From Thelocarpon superellum (lineage: Eukaryota), in NCBI GenBank assembly GCA_026025795.1, contig JAPEUG010000122.1:1-40986 (forward strand): a stretch of 40,986 nt of DNA, written 5' to 3'. Made by a program: the position numbers and the translations under genes. Numbering within the stretch: position 1 is the stretch's first letter; each line of letters opens with the position of its first letter. This document shows, one piece after another, positions 34,960 through 40,986 of the stretch. The notes beneath the pieces are model-generated. The model searched no databases, was not told the origin of the DNA, and worked only from the letters and a program-made list of their open reading frames with translations.

Positions 34960-36756
34960 TCAGCTGAAGTCCCACAGCTTGGCCAGTAATCGGTCTTCTA
35001 CCACCGAGTCATCCGCTTGCTTAGTGAAGAACTTCTTGGGTATCTCAAATTCCACCACGGGAGCCTTTTTAACGTCTTTGGATAATTCCGCCTCGAGCAT
35101 CTAGATAGCATCAGCATCGCAGCCGTCCGGCGTTTGAACACTCAGGACACCAACACTTCCGTACGTATGATCCAGGAAGTCCTCGAGGTTGTAGGAATGC
35201 TTGGTAAATTGCTCGCCGATGATCTTGGCCAGCGTCGCCACGTTTGGATGATAATGTGACTGGAGCATCTGAACCTCCCACAGGCTGCTGTCGATCGCCC
35301 CGGTACGCATGGGGTCCTGCTGCGCCATATCGAATGGGTCCTCGAACCGTTTGGTCCGCAGCTCCTCGTTCGCCTTGGTCCCCCGCACTTCTCGATGGAC
35401 CATGAAGGTGCAGGACGGATGTTTCTTTAGGAGATTGTAGACCCATGGAATGACCACCACGACACCTGCAGGAGGCGCAAAAAGGCTCAGTCGTGACATT
35501 CGCTTAATGAAGCTGGCCACGAGGGCTCCCGGGAGATGAGTGGATCCCAGGAAGGTGTCGAGAAGACGGAAAAAGCGCGAACGGTGACGAGAGCGGAGGA
35601 GGTCTTCGTCGAGCAACGAGTAGAGTTTTGGGTAGAAGGATGGATAGTCGAGATTCTTCTCCTGGATGAGGTAGAAGAGGCCGGACAAGGCCAACAGGGA
35701 TGTTGATCCCCCCATGTCGTACGAGTCGGTCAAAAAGTCCATCAGAAGCTCCACCTTGGCGAACCAGGGAGCGATCTGTTGCGACATGAGCCCGAGGACG
35801 ATCGTGCGCTGATCCTCGGAGAGCCCTATCCGTAGTAAGGATAGCCAAGCTTCCTGGGCTTGCCGTTTGTGGGCCGACAAAGACAACAGCGGGTCTTTGC
35901 TTTTGTGAGGCCGTCCAAGGTAGAACGCCCCGAGCTCATCGGCTGTCGATGGAACTGTCTCAATGGATGAGAGCAGAGCCAATATATTAGATGACACCAG
36001 CTCGGGGGAGGCCGAAGATTCGTCGGATATTCTCAACTTCCTGGAGATCGTGTCAGCTTAAAGTCTTCCGAGATGTTGGCTGTCCTACGCAATTGTTGAA
36101 AAGGTGACGAATCTGACATCGTCAAATTTGGCCAGATACTGCTCCACAAAATCATGCCGTATCTTGTCGCCATCCGTGCTTTCGATCACGGTTCGAATGA
36201 TTCGGGACAAATGTGACGGTGAGTTCCTAGGGAATCCGCCAGCTTGAGAATACTTGGTCTCGCTCTTGAGCATTTTCATGAGCAGGGTTAACGCGGGACG
36301 CTGTCCAAGCGTCGTCAGCATTTTGGTGTCCGGTTGATCACTATCTCGACATACCTGATGTGCAAATTCGCTGCTGTTTAGCCATTGGAACAATCCCTCG
36401 ACATAGTCATGGTGCCGCTCCCACAGCCATTTAAGCACGACGGCTTCCTTGTCTGACGTCGTTTTGGACTTGGACATGGTACCCGCCGCCATCAGGCGGC
36501 TGAAGACTCGGCAGAGTGAGACCGCCGCATTCACTGTGATATCACAGCTGTGGAAGGGCTCGTTGAAAAGGGCGATGAGTGGGACAATGTCGTTGTAATT
36601 TCGTCGAGATTCAAGTATGCCCACTTCTAGGCGGAGAATGCGTGCTTTGGAGGTTTCTGCATCTTCGGCGAGTGGTGCGACCACAGATGATTTGGCCTGT
36701 GAAGACGCACGCTCCCCACGCTTCCGCTTCCTGGAAGCTGTGACCACGCCCGGCAT
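34960..36756 (-). CDS. NOC4: Nucleolar complex protein Noc4 (CBF/Mak21 domain); exons 36756-36355, 36300-36089, 36040-35155, 35100-34960
   Basis: ESRRNYNDI, LLMDFLTDSY, SLLALSGLF, NLDYPSFYPKLYSLL, FLGSTHLP..VASFIKR, SSLWE..LQSHYHPNV, LEDFLDHTYGS|ML. Confidence 0.94.
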
Positions 36757-37020
36757 GGTGTGATAAGGAGTGAGAACGTGGAGACTGTATCTGCAACCGT
36801 GCAGGGTGGGGAGCTCTTTTGGATTGACTTGACTTTCTTTCGGTGTCGGCATGTTCCGTGTTTCGCCGCAAGGATGAGCGTGATGACAAGTACGCGGACG
36901 GAGCCGGCGCTCCTGCAAGTGCTGGCTGCTGGCGGCTGTGGTGGTTGCCGAGCAGATCGAGGTCCGTCCGAATCTCTTGCTCATCGTCACGGCCTACCAT
37001 TGTTGTCCACTCATCTCGCA

Positions 37021-37924
37021 ATGGCATCCCGATTGGCTCGAAACGCCCTTGGTAAGCATTCCAGTATCCTCAGAGCGGTAGGACGCATGACTTGATCGGC
37101 CTCTAACTCACCCAGGCGTCGCTCGTGCGCGACCAGCACTTCCGATTCGAACCCGTCCGGTCATCTCATCGACCGTCCCCAACACACGCGCGGCATCCAA
37201 CGTGCCGGTCGAGGACCCCAAGAAAAAGGCGCAGTCGATCCTCGACTCGTTACCTGGCAACTCGTTGATCTCCAAAACGGCCATCCTTTCCGCCGGCGCC
37301 GGGCTCTCGATTGCTGCCATCAGTAACGAGATCTACGTGGTCAACGAGGAATCCATCGTGGCCTTCTCCCTGCTCAGCATCTTTTGGGCCGTCGCGACGT
37401 ATGGAGGACCGATGTATAAGGAGTGGGCCGAGGGCCAGATCGCAAAGCAAAAGGGGATTCTGAACGCAGCGCGTGAGGAGCACACCGAGGCCGTCAAGCA
37501 ACGCATTGGCAGCGTCAAGGAGCTGGGCGGCGTCATCGACATCACTAAGCAGCTGTTTGAAGTGTCCAAGGTAACTGTACCGCTTACCATCGCGTCTGTT
37601 CCATACTCATTCTGCGGCAGGAAACGGCTCAATTGGAAGCCAAGGCCTTTAATCTCGAGCAGAAGACGGCGCTCGCAGTCGAAGCCAAGTCGGTACTGGA
37701 ATCGTGGGTCCGTTACGAGGGCCAGGTCAAGCAGCGACAACAGCAAGAGCTAGCGGAGAGCATTATCGGCAAGATTCAGAAGGAACTGGAGAATCCTAAG
37801 GTTCTGCAGCAGATCCTCCAGCAGAGCGTGGCCGATGTAGAGAGTAAGCGTGCCCATCGACCCGCCTTGTTCCATCAAGCTGACACTTCCTTTCGCAGAG
37901 ATTGTGGCGTCTAAGGCCCAATAA
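37021..37924 (+). CDS. ATP4: Mitochondrial ATP synthase subunit 4 (b); exons 37021-37051, 37116-37570, 37621-37843, 37899-37924
   Basis: DPKKKAQSILDSLPGNSLISKT, ISNEIYVVNEE, LFEVSK|ETAQLEA, KSVLESWVRYE. Confidence 0.96.
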
Positions 37925-38082
37925 AGACCTAAATGTAACCTCCACTCTTCCATAGAACTCTCATGTGCAACAGTCAATCACACATTTACGTTCAGTCCTC
38001 ATCGTACTAGACTTCCGTGACCGATGAATTGGATGATATGGACGACTCTGGGTACAGATACGAGGCAAGATGAAAGCAGCGG

Positions 38083-39582
38083 TCATGAGTTCTTGGCTTT
38101 GGTTTGGACATCGTCCTCGAATCGTTCCAGTAGTCCGACATGCCATTCCTGAAATCGCCTTGCAGAACTCGGTATTGACCGATTACTGTCGACAAGAGCG
38201 TCTCGAAGGATATTGAGCATGGAAGGAGAGACCTCAATGTCATCGATATGACTGCTAGATAGATTTGAGAGGTTGGGCGTATGGTGAGGCTGGTAGAAGA
38301 CCTTCATCGCTCGTTTCGGACCAGCGTTGTCCATCGAGGAAGCATAGCGTGTGTCTACGTTGAAGATCCAAACCTGTCCAGATAAGCCTTCTCTGGTGGT
38401 CTTACAGTCGTCATGTTGGATCCGCTCACCAGAATGGCCGAGCCGCTTTCGTCGGTACCCTTATGGATGAAGTATTTCTTGACCGCCTGTTGTTCAACCA
38501 AGGCCAGCATCTGCGCTGAGAAAAAGGGTACGGCGGAGGATGGATGCTGAGTCCCGCCTTCTGACACAACCGAGATGCTCCATTTCTGAAGTCGGTGTCC
38601 TTGGCTTTGTTCGTCGACGTTGCCGATGTTGGCCTTGCACTGCTCACAGAGCAACTCCCCGGAAGCCTCTACACTTGAATGCTTTCTCTGTAGGTGCGGT
38701 AAGCATGTACTCTCCAAGCGACAATCTTAAAGCAGTGGCTCATGGTAGGGGAATGACGTCTGACGTGACGATATCGACGGACCCGTCTGACTCCGTGAGG
38801 AGAGAGGGTAAGTTCGAGAGGTCACGCATAGCTTATAGAGATCAATCTGGGGTAGTTGTATCGGCGACCATGTCACGTATGAGATTGCTCCCGAAACAAG
38901 CCTCCTTCTTTCTACCCAGCCAAGGGGGGAATGGAGATGGGAAGACGGGATGATGGGAGCGAAGGGAGATGTCACGTACCACAAGCCCTGGGCAGTCCTG
39001 CTCAGAGAAGAGGAGATATGTGAGATTCACTAGACCCAGTCCTCTCTGAGCCCTCAACGTGTTAGAATGGCCATATCCTTTTGCTGCCGCGGCAGGATCT
39101 CCATGATTGGAGCGAAGGAGCGGATCTTTGGGCTTATGGCAGTGCCACATATCCATCATCTCGGCCCAATCATCGCTTGGTAGATCTTTCCAGGTATGGA
39201 TCGTCCTGGACGCTACCAAGATGTGGCTACAGTTGGAGCATCTGATCTCCGTTGTCGCTTCAAGCGACGTTGCCGGCCAAGGAACCGGGTTGTCTCTTTC
39301 CAACGCATTTGCATGGAACTTGGAAACATCTCCCACGAAGCGAAAGGTGTGCTCTGTACTGAGTGAAAGAGGGATGCTTAGATCTGCAGGTTCCACGACA
39401 CACGTAGGGAGGTCTAGCTTGGAGACGCGACCCTCATGGTGGAAAAGGAACCGCTGCCCATCTCCGCTGAGCTGTGCTTTGATGTCTGATGAAGGACGAT
39501 TGGGTAGAGACACATGGACGTTTAGTTGACGGGTGTTGCGTAGCAATTCTGCATAGAGGATGACGCCACCATTCTCAACCAT
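38083..39582 (-). CDS. HECT-like E2-binding protein, UBE3D/Ipa1 family; exons 39582-38980, 38687-38430, 38373-38083
   Basis: LYAELL, two CxxC motifs, WKDLPSDDWAEMMDMWHCHKP, L|VWIFN, AMKVFY, SNRSIP..RRFQEWHVGLLERF. Confidence 0.85.
38703..38919 (-). ncRNA. Intronic box H/ACA snoRNA, snR81-like, predicted guide for U2 snRNA Psi42
   Basis: Hairpin with GGGTAG/CTACCC lower stem; pocket strands AAAGAA (38911-38906) and GATAC (38862-38858) complement U2 GUAUC-UG-UUCUUU; H-box-like AGATTG 14 nt after the pocket; terminal ACA at 38708-38706; lies in a 292-nt intron. Confidence 0.75.
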
Positions 39583-39798
39583 CTCCGATGAGATCCGGGA
39601 CTCTCGTGTTGGTTCGGAGTCAGGAATGGGCGACTCGATGGGTGATGGCCGACGCTCCGAGTTTGAGTTTACTAGGGCGGGGGGGAGCCCGGGGATACGC
39701 CATCGTTCCCCGCCACGCCGCCTCAAGATCAGCAGCATTGGAATCAACCGTCTTAAGCACCTTTACCGTCAAGGACTTGTGCCACAGACAACCGGACC

Positions 39799-40986
39799 AT
39801 GTTTCAGTTACCGTCGCTGAATATCTGGTCGACGAGCCGAAAAACAAACGTGGCAGGTCAACGCATCTCAATCCCCTCGGTGGAAATTCACGACGTCGAG
39901 ACTTCACCCGACCGACGGACTCGGAGCTTGAAGCATCTCATCCGCGCAAATCATGTGAATCACTCGATTTTGTATCATGATCAGCGATACCATAACCATG
40001 TACCACATGTAAGGGAAAGAGTGCGACCAAATCCACGTGTACTGACCTGTTGTAGCTTCTTGGATCAGCCTACTTGCTCGGGGCCTCGGCCGACCATCTG
40101 AACCACGTCTACGACGAGGAATCCAAAGGGCTAGAGCCGTGGAGGAATTCACCGGGCGAAGTATCAAAACATGACTGGAGGGACTATTTGGGAGGGAGAT
40201 CGTACGTCTATCATATCAATATTTTGGCCCAGCATCCTAAATCCAACTCCAGGTACCAACGAGCATTCATCGACTTCTTCGAGGACGAATTGGTTGCCTT
40301 TGGATATGAGTGGAAGAATCTCGTGGCCGAATATCTCTTCAAAGGACAAGAGCCCCTGATTAGTTGCCTGGTTGCGGGACGTATGTCAACACATCCCCAT
40401 TCCCATCTTCTACCCCCACTGATCGTGTCCTCCCAGTCGGCCATCCCCTCATCCACCTAGCCTACGCCTTCGAGCTCTCCAACAGCACCATAGCAATTGA
40501 AGGGCTCGCCATGACAACAACGATGTACAACGGTCTGCACAAATACCTCGACGACCCATCCTACACGCAGCCATCCGCGCACCCGACCACCTCCCTTATC
40601 CAAATTCTCGAGCGCGTGCGCACCGACGACCGGCTCTCCCCAAGCCAGATCGCCAATTCCGACACCACGGACGATATCGACAATCTCGTGCTCGACCACG
40701 AAGCCGTGATCCTTGAACACTGGAACAGCTGGACCATCTCCGACGCACGCGCCCAATTCAAGGACTCGCAGCGCACCGCGGCTCTCCTCCTAGTAGGCAC
40801 GCAGCCTTTGCCCACGTCGACACGAGAATACAGCTTCTTCCTCGTGCACCTCCTCACCACCTCGCACGCCGTCCGCATTCTCCTCCCGCTCATCCCGCAC
40901 GAATTCCACGTCCCGCTGCTGCGCCAGTGGTGGCTCCTGGCGCTCTCGACCTACATCTCGCAGCACAGACCAGCCATCGACGAAAA
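39799..40986 (+). CDS. DUF4243 / questin-oxidase-like (MGS207-like) protein, 3'-truncated; exons 39799-40008, 40056-40201, 40253-40380, 40437->40986
   Basis: LKHLIRANHVNHSILYH..YHNHVPH|LLGSAYLLGA, YQRAFIDFFEDE, LGHPLIHLAYAFE, FFLVHLLTTSHAVR. Confidence 0.85.

Overview
Gene-dense, GC-rich genomic DNA from a filamentous ascomycete (Pezizomycotina-type proteins; mostly 45-70 nt GT-AG introns with CTRAY branch points). I can build 20 protein-coding genes by hand: pirin (5'-truncated), YOS9, CSN4, NSA2, mitochondrial bL21m, MPS1, PTC7-type PP2C, PRP4, JAC1/HscB, an F-box protein, TFIIF-beta, a ZC3H3/Red5-like CCCH protein, a membrane-anchored bZIP factor, a Sel1-repeat Dsf2/Nif1-like protein, an orphan signal-peptide protein ending RDEL, a CAX/VCX1-family exchanger, NOC4, ATP4, an IPA1/UBE3D-like protein and a DUF4243/questin-oxidase-like protein (3'-truncated). 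I saw no tRNA, rRNA, CRISPR array or transposon. The best non-obvious signals are: (1) an snR81-like H/ACA guide RNA for U2 snRNA Psi42 inside an oversized intron of the IPA1/UBE3D-like gene; (2) a bZIP factor with ATF6/bZIP28-like layout (bZIP, TM helix, distal RRNL) whose TM helix is split by a frameshifting intron; (3) tandem in-frame 3' splice sites that would break zinc finger 1 of the CCCH protein; (4) recurrent intergenic GTACGAAGTA motifs and palindromes. Family calls rest on recalled motifs; no database searches were run.
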